From NCBI GenBank assembly GCA_017435465.1, contig JAFSEX010000005.1, forward strand, positions 70,793-134,792: a stretch of DNA of 64,000 nt. The letters run 5' to 3'. Both the position numbers and the translations under genes were made by a program. Shown piece after piece: positions 46,885 to 56,493 of this stretch. Position 1 is the stretch's first letter; each line of letters begins with the position of its first letter. Below the pieces are notes generated by a model. It ran no database searches, was not told where the DNA came from, and worked only from the letters and a program-made list of their open reading frames with translations. This stretch comes from Bacilli bacterium. GTDB lineage: Bacteria > Bacillota_I > Bacilli_A > RF39 > UBA660.

Positions 46885-47523
46885 TTATTTTATAAAATCA
46901 TTATCTTTTATATATAGTGCGATTTGTTTAAAAGTATCAATTGATAGTTTTGAAATATCATAATCAATAAACAAATCAGCTAAATTTTTTGAACCATTAG
47001 TTATTAATTTTTTAATTCTATCATCATTTAATAATATTTTGTTTCTTTCATCATAAATATTTGTGTATCCTTCTTGAGAATATATTTTTGCTTGTAAATC
47101 CGCTTCTAATTTATCACAACAAAATGCATAAATAGCTTCATTTGTTTTATGAGAATTAAACTCATTAAGTAAATTTTCATATTCTTCTTTTTTTACTAAT
47201 CCATCTAAGATTTTAGATACTGCTTCTGCACCTATTCTTAATTTTTCTTCATCACTAATTTTATCAAAAGGAGTAAAATCCCCAATTATAACTTCTTCTA
47301 ACTCATGAAGTACTAACATTTTTAATACTTTATTTAAATCTATTTTTTCATCAAATTCTGAATCAATTGCGATTGCTAAAATACATGTACCATAAATATG
47401 TTCTGCAACACTTTCTAATCTTTCCTTGGATATATTCCATTTAAGCCATCCACTTCTAATTTTATCTTTTAAACTAGTTGCTAAAACATAAAAATTTAAT
47501 ACATTTAATATTTTATTATCCAT
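46885..47523 (-). CDS. HD-domain phosphohydrolase (YfbR-like 5'-deoxynucleotidase family)
   Basis: ESVAEHIYG...LVLHELEEVIIGDFTP (H..HD..D pattern). The start is at MDNKILNV, after RBS AAAGGTGG. Confidence 0.7.
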   Translation of the reverse strand: MDNKILNVLNFYVLATSLKDKIRSGWLKWNISKERLESVAEHIYGTCILAIAIDSEFDEKIDLNKVLKMLVLHELEEVIIGDFTPFDKISDEEKLRIGAEAVSKILDGLVKKEEYENLLNEFNSHKTNEAIYAFCCDKLEADLQAKIYSQEGYTNIYDERNKILLNDDRIKKLITNGSKNLADLFIDYDISKLSIDTFKQIALYIKDNDFIK

Positions 47524-48034
47524 TCTTATCCACCTTTCTAATATCAAATCTATATACAGCAAGTAATCCACTTAATAATTCAAATATACTTCCTATAAAT
47601 GCAACATATGCACCTACATAAAAATTAAAAACAATCCATAATATAGCCGCAATTATTGCAATATATCTAAATAGTTTTAAATTATCTGTCCATGTACCAT
47701 ATGTGTATAGTATAGTTGCTAATATAGGTATAATACTAAATAATCCATTATAAGTAAATAAAAGAGTAGATATAATAATTATTATAAATAATATTAAAAT
47801 ATTTTTAGGAATTATCTTATTATTTCTATTATATAAATAATATATAATACATCTAATTAGTGATATAAAGCTCATCATTCCTGCAGATAATGAGTTTAAA
47901 ACAATATATTGTAGTCCATAAAACATATTTGAAACTATTTGAAACAATAATACAATTTTCTTCTTATTATTTTGGATGCTTATTACTAAAAATATTAATC
48001 CTATAATACCAAAAATTTGTGCTAAAACGTTCAT
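47516..48034 (-). CDS. YgjV-family (PnuC/SemiSWEET-like) membrane protein
   Basis: 172 aa with about 5-6 TM helices. The two-half repeat architecture resembles the YgjV inner-membrane family as I recall it. Confidence 0.55.
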   Translation of the reverse strand: MNVLAQIFGIIGLIFLVISIQNNKKKIVLLFQIVSNMFYGLQYIVLNSLSAGMMSFISLIRCIIYYLYNRNNKIIPKNILILFIIIIISTLLFTYNGLFSIIPILATILYTYGTWTDNLKLFRYIAIIAAILWIVFNFYVGAYVAFIGSIFELLSGLLAVYRFDIRKVDKNG

Positions 48035-48045
48035 ATATAAAACTC

Positions 48046-48588
48046 CTAATCTATGAAATATATATTACATATCTCATTGTATCTATCTAATAATTTATTA
48101 TTTGATAATTTTTTATTAAACAATTTTTTCATTTCTAAATAATACCATTTATTATCATCATAACTAGTATTTAAAGTTGCAAGTACATCTTTTCCATTTT
48201 GTTCAAACAAATTATAATCAGATAATAAATTATGTAATTTATCAGCAAGTTCAATTAATATTATATCCTCATTTTCATTGTATAAATTATTAATAAATTT
48301 AATTTTTCTTTCCAACTATTAATATTCATATCTTCAGATAATTTTAATACATTTTGTGCAATTTCAAACCCATAATTAGTTTTTATATATTCATAATCAT
48401 ATTCACTATCTTCAATTATATCGTGTAATAATCCGCTAATAACAAGTGTACTATCACATCCCATATCCTTCAACATAAATCCAACACTAATACTATGAAA
48501 TGCTAAATTGATATCTTCTTTTATTCTTTTTTTTGTTTTCAAATGCCTTAAAAACAAAATTTATGGTTCTTTCCTCATCTGTATACAT
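48046..48588 (-). pseudogene. Frameshifted small HD-domain (p)ppGpp hydrolase (RelA/SpoT hydrolase-only, SAH-like)
   Basis: AGGAGG plus an ATG at 48588 opens MYTDEERTINFVFKAFENKKK. The frame breaks in an A8 run; deleting one A restores ..ENKKRIKEDINLAFHSISVG..LLHDIIED... A second shift near 48300-48315 joins to ..ELADKLHNL... HD and ADKLHN are hydrolase-domain hallmarks. Confidence 0.65.
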
Positions 48589-48759
48589 TTTTAACCTCCT
48601 TTCTAGTCTATAAATCAATTATACATTAAAAAACATTAATTATATAATAATTATTAAATTTTTAATAAAATAATTTAGAATATAAAAAGTCTATTTTTGT
48701 AAATGGACTTTTTTTTAAATACAATTTTTAGTATAATCTATATTGAAGCCGGTGATAAA

Positions 48760-50097
48760 ATGGAAACAGTAAAAAGTAACATATTAAATGAAGATTTAAT
48801 TAAATATATATCAAATAAAAAAATGGAACCAGAATGGATAACTGAATTTAGATTAAAATCATTAAATGCTTTTAACAAAATTGATTTACCAGATTTTGGT
48901 CCTAAATTAGATATAGATTTTAATAAAATAAATTATTATAAAAAAGTTTCAGACGAAATATATGATAACTGGAATGATGTTGATAATGAAATAAAAAATA
49001 CTTTTGATAATATTGGACTTATTAAAGCAGAAAAAGAGTATTTAGGTGGAGTATCAACGCAATATGAAAGTGAAGTAATTTATCATAATATGTTAGATTA
49101 TGTTAAAGAAAAAGGTATTATATTCTTAGATACTGATAGCGCAATTAAAAAGCATCCAGATTTATTCAAAAAATATTTCAATAAGTTAGTTAATTATAAA
49201 GAAAATAAATTTACTGCCTTAAATGGCGCAGTATTTAGTGGGGGAACATTTATATATATACCTAAAAACACAAAATTAGATAGACCACTACAAAGCTATT
49301 TTAGAATTAATTCGGAAAACATGGGACAATTTGAAAGAACTATTATTGTTGTAGATGATGATAGTGAACTACATTATATTGAAGGATGTACCGCACCTAT
49401 AAATAGTAGTGATTCACTTCATGCAGCAGTTGTTGAGATATATGTTGGAAAAAATGCAAAATGTAGATATACAACAATACAAAATTGGAGTGAAAATGTA
49501 TATAATCTTGTTACTAAAAGAGCAATTGTAGATGATGGTGGAATGATGGAATGGATAGATGGAAATATCGGTTCTAAAATAACTATGAAATATCCTTGTT
49601 GTGTATTAAAAGGGGATAATTCAATTGGTAGATGTATAACAATTGGAGTTGCTCATAAAAATCAAATACAAGATACTGGTGCGAAAATGATACACATTGG
49701 AAAAAATAGTAAAAGCGAAATCATTTCAAAAAGTATATCTAATAATGGCGGAGAAGCAGATTATAGAGGTAGTGTAGAAATTAAAAGAAGCGCATCTAAC
49801 TCTAAAGCTAATATAAAATGCGATTCACTAATTATGGATAAATTATCTAAAAGCGATACAATTCCTAAAAACATTAACAATAATGAAACTAGTATATTAG
49901 AACATGAAGCAAGTGTTTCTAAATTAGACGAAAATAAATTATTCTATTTAATGAGTAGAGGACTTAATGAAGAACAAGCAACAGAACTAATGCTTATGGG
50001 ATTTATTGGGGATTTTAGAAATGAGTTGCCTGTAGAATATGCAGTTGAATTAAATAATTTATTAAAAAATAATATAACTGTTGTAAAAGGAGAATAG
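48760..50097 (+). CDS. sufB: Fe-S cluster assembly protein SufB
   Basis: YESEVIYHN, FERTIIVVDD, EGCTAP and LFYLMSRGLNEEQA motifs. The start is at METVKSN. Confidence 0.9.
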   Translation: METVKSNILNEDLIKYISNKKMEPEWITEFRLKSLNAFNKIDLPDFGPKLDIDFNKINYYKKVSDEIYDNWNDVDNEIKNTFDNIGLIKAEKEYLGGVSTQYESEVIYHNMLDYVKEKGIIFLDTDSAIKKHPDLFKKYFNKLVNYKENKFTALNGAVFSGGTFIYIPKNTKLDRPLQSYFRINSENMGQFERTIIVVDDDSELHYIEGCTAPINSSDSLHAAVVEIYVGKNAKCRYTTIQNWSENVYNLVTKRAIVDDGGMMEWIDGNIGSKITMKYPCCVLKGDNSIGRCITIGVAHKNQIQDTGAKMIHIGKNSKSEIISKSISNNGGEADYRGSVEIKRSASNSKANIKCDSLIMDKLSKSDTIPKNINNNETSILEHEASVSKLDENKLFYLMSRGLNEEQATELMLMGFIGDFRNELPVEYAVELNNLLKNNITVVKGE

Positions 50098-50098
50098 C

Positions 50099-51394
50099 AT
50101 GAAAAAAATCTTTACTTTTTTGTTACTACTAGGTATAGGGTTTATAGTGTATGCATATTTCTTTGGAGAACAAGAAAATTTATATAGAGTATTAAGTAAT
50201 ACTGAAAAAACAGAAGTAAGTTTAAATAAATATTATATTTATGGAAGACACTTAAACATGGAAGGTACCTTAGAAACAAATTCAAAAAATGTAGAAGATG
50301 TAAAGTTATTATTTAAAGAAAGTAAAAAAGATGAAATTGAATACGATATTGAATATAGTATTGAATCTGGAATTTTAAATTTTAAAATATCCAATGAAAT
50401 TAATACAGGGATTAATTTAGATAAAATTAAGATTGGAAATTATTATGTATTGTTAAAAGTTGTTTATGATGAAGAAACTACAAAATATTATTCTATCAAT
50501 AATAACTGTGAATATGATGAGATAGAATACTATACAATAAGTAAGAATGATAAAACTAATAAAGTTTTAGTAGAATTTGATAAAAAAGCAATAGTTGATA
50601 ATAATAAAAATTATACGTTTATAAAAGTTAAAGAAATGGATATGCCTGAAAATATATATGATATTGTCATTGATCCAGGGCATGGAGGAAAAGATTCTGG
50701 AGCTATTAAAGATAATTATTATGAAAAAGATATAACTTTAGAATATGGAAAAATGTTAAAAGAATCTTTAGAAAAATTAGGATTAAAAGTTAAATTAACA
50801 CGTGATGGGAAAAATGAAGAAAACTTAGGAATATATGATATATATGGTAATAATGGTAGAGCAGTAATCCCAAATAAAGTTAAAGCAAAATATGCATTAT
50901 CTATACATTTAAATAGTGCGGCATATAAAATGAAAAATGGTGGGGTAGAAGTGTATGCACCAGCAAATGCTAATTTAGATTTTGCAAAATTACTTGCAGA
51001 TAATATTGTAGAAAGTTCAGATACAACATATTCACCAAGTGAAGTATCAAAAGTATATGATGGAGTTTATGTAAGAACATATACAAAAAGTGAGATAAAA
51101 TCTGCAGAATCACATGCGAATAATAATGGTTATGAACCATATAATATAACTACTTCAACACCTTATTATTTTATGATAAGAGAAACTGGTGGTATTATAA
51201 CTAATGCATATGTAGATGGCAGAAATAAAGATTATGAAAAAAATCCATATTATGATTCAAATATAGGAGTTGAAACATATTTGATTGAACTTGGATTTAT
51301 GAATTCTAGTAAAGATTTTGAAAAAATTATAAATAATAAGGAAGAATATGTTAAAGGAATAATGAATGCAATAAAAAAATATCTAAACTTATAA
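50099..51394 (+). CDS. N-acetylmuramoyl-L-alanine amidase (Amidase_3), membrane-anchored
   Basis: N-terminal TM helix. IVIDPGHGGKDSGA and ..SIHLNS.. motifs of the amidase_3/CwlD-type domain. Confidence 0.85.
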   Translation: MKKIFTFLLLLGIGFIVYAYFFGEQENLYRVLSNTEKTEVSLNKYYIYGRHLNMEGTLETNSKNVEDVKLLFKESKKDEIEYDIEYSIESGILNFKISNEINTGINLDKIKIGNYYVLLKVVYDEETTKYYSINNNCEYDEIEYYTISKNDKTNKVLVEFDKKAIVDNNKNYTFIKVKEMDMPENIYDIVIDPGHGGKDSGAIKDNYYEKDITLEYGKMLKESLEKLGLKVKLTRDGKNEENLGIYDIYGNNGRAVIPNKVKAKYALSIHLNSAAYKMKNGGVEVYAPANANLDFAKLLADNIVESSDTTYSPSEVSKVYDGVYVRTYTKSEIKSAESHANNNGYEPYNITTSTPYYFMIRETGGIITNAYVDGRNKDYEKNPYYDSNIGVETYLIELGFMNSSKDFEKIINNKEEYVKGIMNAIKKYLNL

Positions 51395-51545
51395 TTTTAT
51401 ATATTTGATAATGTTTTTTAACAAATATTAAAAATTTAATAATTAAAAATTAAAGAATGATTCAAAAATAATGAAAAGAATCATTCTTTTTTTGATTTGC
51501 ACTTGAAAATTAATTATATTAAAATGCAATTGAAGGAGGGAAAAA

Positions 51546-51884
51546 ATGCTTAATATCACAACTTTAACAGGTCGAATTGTTAAAACACCAGAACTTAGAA
51601 AAACTGAAAGTGGTAAAAATGTTACAAACATAACAATAGCAGTTCCACGACCATTCAAAAATCCAAATGGAGAATATGAAACTGATTATATTGAGTGTAC
51701 ACTATGGGCTGGTTTAGCAGAAACTGCAACTACATATTGTAAACAAGGTGATTTAGTTGGAATTAAGGGTAGATTACAAACTACTCAATTAGAAAAAGAA
51801 AATTGTCCTAAAATTACAATGATTCAATTAATTGTAGAAAAATTATCGTTTTTAGCTAGTAAAAAACAAGAAGAAGCAGAGTAA
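51546..51884 (+). CDS. ssb: Short single-stranded DNA-binding protein lacking the acidic C-terminal tip (SsbB-like)
   Basis: The OB-fold N-terminus (MLNITTLTGRIVKTPELRKTESG) and WAGLAE...GDLVGIKGRLQT are present. It is 112 aa and ends ..KKQEEAE without a DDDLPF-type tail. Confidence 0.8.
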   Translation: MLNITTLTGRIVKTPELRKTESGKNVTNITIAVPRPFKNPNGEYETDYIECTLWAGLAETATTYCKQGDLVGIKGRLQTTQLEKENCPKITMIQLIVEKLSFLASKKQEEAE

Positions 51885-51925
51885 ATTTGCTTCTTCTTAA
51901 TAATAGTGATTGGAGTTGAAAGGGA

Positions 51926-52704
51926 ATGTGTAATTTAAAGATTAATTATGATGTATTTGAAAGTATTAAACATGTTGATGAAAATGAATATGAATATTGG
52001 GAAGCAAGAGAAATACAAAAAATATTAGGATATAAAGAATGGAGAAAATTCGAAAATGTCATAACAAAAGCTAAAAAATCTTGTGAAAATAGTAATCAAT
52101 TTACTTATAACCATTTTGTCAACATTGACAAAATGGTAGAGATAGGTTCTAACACACATAGAAAAATATTAAATTATAAATTATCTAGATATGCTTGTTA
52201 TTTAATTGCACAAAATGGAGATTCAAAAAAGAAAACAATTGCTCTTGCGCAAACTTATTTTGCTATTCAAACAAGAAAAATGGAAATAAGTGAAAAAGAA
52301 TATTCTAAGTTAACTGAAGATGAAAAAAGACTTTATCAAAGAAATTTAACCAAAAAGGGAATTTATCGTTAAATCAAGTGGCAAAGAAGTCTGGAGTTAA
52401 AAATTTTGATAAATTTCATAATTTTGGATATAAAGGATTATATAATGGGATGACTGCTAATGATATTGCAAAAAGAAAAGATTTAAGATATAGAGAAGAT
52501 ATTTTGGATAATATGGGGAGTGATGAATTAATTATTAATTTATTTAGAATTTCTCAAACAGAACAAAAGTTACAAAAAGATAATGTTAAAATGGAAAACA
52601 ATGCTAATATGACTCATTATATGGTTGGTAGTAAAATAAGGAATACAATAAAAGAATTAGGCGGAATTTTACTAGAAGATTTGAAAACTCCTGATAAAAG
52701 TTAA
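51926..52704 (+). pseudogene. dinD: DNA-damage-inducible protein D homologue, split by a frameshift
   Basis: FESIKHVDENEYEYWEAREIQKILGYKEWRKFENVI...YKLSRYACYLIAQNGD matches DinD as I recall it. The frame breaks at ACCAAAAAGGG (about 52350-52365) and continues in another frame as ..NLSLNQVAKKSGVKNFDKFHNFGYKGLY. Confidence 0.7.
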
Positions 52705-53334
52705 AACAGATAGAAAAAAAACTATCTTTTAAATAGGAATAAACTAGATTAATAATTATATTTTAGCGCTAACAAAAAATAAGAAACAAAGTGATTTGCC
52801 TCTTATTGTATAAATCAACAAACAATTGTTTAATTTAATTTTCCACTAATTTTTTAACTCTTTTTTACTTATAAATTTTCTTTTTATATTCTTTTTTAAT
52901 AATAACTTTTCAAAAGAAATTAAATTGTCATCAACCATCACAAAATCTTCATTCATTTTTACATCACTTATATTATCACTGCTTTTAATTTCTTTTTTAT
53001 TATTTTTTATACTTAAATCAACATAAGTATAATCAGTTTTTTTATAAAGTAATGTACGTTTTTAAAATTTATATTATAAATCGTACTAGATAAAGATAAC
53101 GGTGCATAATATGATCCATATATAAATTTTTCTTTATCAAATGTATATATATCACCAATAAATAATTTATTTAAATTCATTTTTTCCATCAATCCTTTTA
53201 TTAAATTAATAATCAAATATATAAGAGTTGTACAAAGTATAATATAATAAGATTTATAAAAAATCAATAATATATAAAATTTATTTTAAACTATTAATTA
53301 CAAACTTCAAACTAAAAATAAAAGAAGATATTAT

Positions 53335-53550
53335 TTAATCTTCTTTTTCTTCATAGTTTTTTAAATCTTCGTAAAATAATTCATCGGGTTTCATGTTAAA
53401 TATTTTAGAAATCTTAATTGCCATAGTATAAGATAATCTTCTACGGCCATTTTCAATTTGCCAATAGAAAGTTTTACTTATACCAAGATTGTTTGCCATT
53501 TGTTGATAAGAATATTTTGCGTTTTTTCTAAGTTCCATTAGTTTACTCAC
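53335..53550 (-). CDS. XRE-family helix-turn-helix regulator (71 aa)
   Basis: YSYQQMANNLGISKTFYWQIENGRR is an HTH_XRE pattern. The gene is divergent from the next XRE gene. Confidence 0.8.
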   Translation of the reverse strand: MSKLMELRKNAKYSYQQMANNLGISKTFYWQIENGRRRLSYTMAIKISKIFNMKPDELFYEDLKNYEEKED

Positions 53551-53695
53551 AATTAACTCACCACCTACAAGTATTATAAAAGAAAATACTACGAAAAATC
53601 AATACTTTTGTTACTTTTTAGTTAATTTTATGCGTGTTACAAATAAAGAACAGTATAATATCATTAACAAATAGATAACTAAAGAGGTGAATAAT

Positions 53696-54052
53696 ATGTT
53701 TAATGGGCGTGTATTAAAAGAGTTAAGGCTTAGTGCTGGATTAACACAACAACAGTTAGGTGATTTAGTAAATGTAACAAAAGTTTCAATCTGTGGATAT
53801 GAAAAAAACAATAGAATTCCAAATTTAGAAACATTAATGGATTTAGCAGAAGTATTAAATACAACACCAAATCATTTATTAGGAGTAGAAGAATTAGTTA
53901 CTATAAATGAAGATAAAGAAGAATATCAAGTTGCTATTTCTAAAAAAGATATAGAAATTATAAAACACCTTAAAAAACATCTTAATTTATATAATATGTT
54001 ATGTGAAAATCCAAGAAAGGTAATAGATAATATAAGTAAAAAATTTAATTAG
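53696..54052 (+). CDS. XRE-family regulator with a C-terminal helical domain, paralogue A
   Basis: LKELRLSAGLTQQQLGDLVNVTKVSICGYEKN is the HTH. The start is at 53696 (MFNGR), after RBS AAAGAGG, matching the paralogue B start MFDGR. Confidence 0.8.
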   Translation: MFNGRVLKELRLSAGLTQQQLGDLVNVTKVSICGYEKNNRIPNLETLMDLAEVLNTTPNHLLGVEELVTINEDKEEYQVAISKKDIEIIKHLKKHLNLYNMLCENPRKVIDNISKKFN

Positions 54053-54135
54053 TTTGCTCTAGGTTAATTTTTGACAAAATAATATACTATTTGTGTACAA
54101 TTAAATTAACAAATGGATAACTAGGAGGAATTTGT

Positions 54136-54492
54136 ATGTTTGATGGTAGAATTGTAAAGGAATTACGAACAAATTTGGGATTGACACAACAACAATTAGG
54201 AGATTTAATTGGTGTAAATAAGGCATCAATCTGTGGATACGAAAAAAATACAAAAAAACCCAAATATGCTAATTTAATTAAATTGTCTGTGGCACTAAAC
54301 ACAACACCAAACCATTTAATGGGTATGGAACAAACTGTTACAATAAACGAAGATACTGAAGAATATCAAGTTGCTATTTCTAAAAAGGATATTGAAATTA
54401 TAAAAGCCATCAAAAAGAATTATGAACTGTATGAAAAATTTTGTGAAAATCCAAAAAGAATAGTTGATAAACTTACTAGAATACTTAAATAG
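54136..54492 (+). CDS. XRE-family regulator with a C-terminal helical domain, paralogue B
   Basis: Roughly two-thirds identical to paralogue A by eye. A ~45-nt stretch is nearly identical at the DNA level (gaagaatatcaagttgctatttctaaaaa...). The two share the 5'-UTR motif ATTAACAAATRGATAACTA. Confidence 0.8.
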   Translation: MFDGRIVKELRTNLGLTQQQLGDLIGVNKASICGYEKNTKKPKYANLIKLSVALNTTPNHLMGMEQTVTINEDTEEYQVAISKKDIEIIKAIKKNYELYEKFCENPKRIVDKLTRILK

Positions 54493-54520
54493 GACTTTAA
54501 AATATTAAAGTCCTATTTTG
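54491..54520 (+). terminator. Intrinsic terminator
   Basis: AGGACTTTA...TAAAGTCCT stem followed by ATTTT. Confidence 0.7.
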
Positions 54521-54590
54521 TTGTATATTAATTAACACAAAAATAAAATTATATGGTATAATTATTTATAATAGATGAGGTGAAAAGGGT

Positions 54591-55868
54591 ATGAATATTG
54601 TTGATATTATATTAAAAAAGAAAAATGGTGAAGCATTATCTAAAGAAGAAATTGAATATGTTATTAATGGTTTTGTAAATGGTGATATTGAAGATTATCA
54701 AATTAGCGCACTATTAATGGCAATTTGTATAAAAGGAATGACTGATACTGAAACGTTTTATTTAACCGAAGCTATGATAAATAGTGGGGAAATTTTAGAT
54801 TTATCTAGTATTGATGGAGTTAAAGTTGATAAACATTCTACTGGTGGAGTTGGTGATAAAACTACACTAATTGTTTTACCATTAGTTGCAGCATGTGGTG
54901 TTAATGTTGCTAAAATGAGTGGTAGAGGTCTTGGAAATACCGGTGGAACTATTGATAAGTTGGAATCTATTAAAGGATTTAATGTTAATTTATCAAATGA
55001 TGAATTCATAAATCAAGTTAAGAATATTGGTATTTCATTATGCTCATCTAATAAAAATCTTGCTATTGCAGATAAAAAGATATATGCAATCAGAGATGTC
55101 ACAGCCACAGTTGATTCAATTCCTTTAATTGCTTCATCAATAATGAGTAAAAAATTAGCTAGCGGATGTAATAAAATAGTTATTGATGTAAAAGTTGGTA
55201 ATGGGGCTTTTATGAAAACAATGGAAGAGGCTACTAAATTATCAAAATTATTAATTAGTATAGGAAATTATTTCAATAGAGAAGTTATGTGTGTTTTATC
55301 TAATATGAATGAACCACTTGGTAATGCAGTTGGTAACTCATTAGAAGTTTTAGAAGCAATTGATACATTAAAAGGTAATGGACCAGATGATCTTACAAAA
55401 CTTTCTTTAGCACTTGCTTCATACATGGTATTCTTAAGTAAAAATATTACTATTGATGAAGCAATGAAAATGGTTTCTGATAAATTAATTGATGGTAGTG
55501 CATATAAAAAATTTGAAGAAATGGTTAATGTACAACAAGGTGATTTAAACTCAATAGAAATATCTAACAATAAAATAGAAGTTTTATCTAAAGAAACTGG
55601 ATTTATAACAAGTATTGATACAAATAGAATAGGTGAACTTTCGAAATTCTTAGGTGCAGGAAGAGAAAAAGTATCTGATACAATTGACCATACTGTTGGT
55701 ATGATTATCCATAAAAAAGTTGGAGATATTGTAAATGTTGATATGCCATTAGTTACTATATATTATAATAAAGAAGTATATGAAATTGAAAAAGAAGTTC
55801 TTAAATGCTTCGAATTTAATACATTTAAGAAAGATAAGGAACCACTGATATATAAAATAATTAAATAA
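54591..55868 (+). CDS. pdp: Pyrimidine-nucleoside (thymidine) phosphorylase
   Basis: DKHSTGGVGDKTTL, SGRGLGNTGGTIDKLE and IMSKKLA motifs. Confidence 0.9.
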   Translation: MNIVDIILKKKNGEALSKEEIEYVINGFVNGDIEDYQISALLMAICIKGMTDTETFYLTEAMINSGEILDLSSIDGVKVDKHSTGGVGDKTTLIVLPLVAACGVNVAKMSGRGLGNTGGTIDKLESIKGFNVNLSNDEFINQVKNIGISLCSSNKNLAIADKKIYAIRDVTATVDSIPLIASSIMSKKLASGCNKIVIDVKVGNGAFMKTMEEATKLSKLLISIGNYFNREVMCVLSNMNEPLGNAVGNSLEVLEAIDTLKGNGPDDLTKLSLALASYMVFLSKNITIDEAMKMVSDKLIDGSAYKKFEEMVNVQQGDLNSIEISNNKIEVLSKETGFITSIDTNRIGELSKFLGAGREKVSDTIDHTVGMIIHKKVGDIVNVDMPLVTIYYNKEVYEIEKEVLKCFEFNTFKKDKEPLIYKIIK

Positions 55869-55904
55869 ATTTAAAAACTATAGAATCAAACTCTATAGTT
55901 TTAA

Positions 55905-56366
55905 TTATATGATATCTGTTTTGTATTTAATTTTATAAACTTTATTTTCTAATCTCTCAGGTTTGTGTAATAATAAATAATCAAATATTGAATTGTTTTT
56001 TTCAAAATAGGCATCATAATAATCATAGCCAAATTCAAAGTTTTTTAAAATTTTATTATATTTATCTATGTTTTCGGGACTTTTTGAAATTAATCGTTTA
56101 ATACATATTTTCATACTATCATGAGTATTATCTTTTATTTTTAATGCAAGTATATTTGTATTTAAAATATTATTTATTTTATTAACAATTTCTTCGATGT
56201 TTGAATTGTCATAAATTTTAAATATATCTCGATCTTTTCTTCTAGCATAATATCCTAAAAGTATAGAATATATTTCTAATTTTATATTGTTGATTTCTGA
56301 ATCATTTTCTAGATTTTTTTTCAATAACTTAATTTGTTCCAATTTTAATTTTAATATTTTTAACAT
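55905..56366 (-). CDS. Hypothetical protein
   Basis: 153-aa ORF with helical composition. No motif recognised. Confidence 0.45.
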   Translation of the reverse strand: MLKILKLKLEQIKLLKKNLENDSEINNIKLEIYSILLGYYARRKDRDIFKIYDNSNIEEIVNKINNILNTNILALKIKDNTHDSMKICIKRLISKSPENIDKYNKILKNFEFGYDYYDAYFEKNNSIFDYLLLHKPERLENKVYKIKYKTDII

Positions 56367-56493
56367 ATATTTCTCTCCTTGGCGAATATTATAATAATTT
56401 TAATAATTGATGTCAATATTAGTAAATAATTTACAAAATACATATTTTTTAGTATAATGTTATACAGTGATAACTAAAAAGAAAGGAGAAAAA

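Noticed and set aside
52705-53334. A functional gene (84-aa ORF 53013-53267 and small neighbours) downstream of the minus-strand XRE regulator
   Set aside because: The reading frames are short and interrupted and have no convincing RBS or motif. The region looks like decayed sequence, so it is treated as part of the remnant module, not as a called gene.
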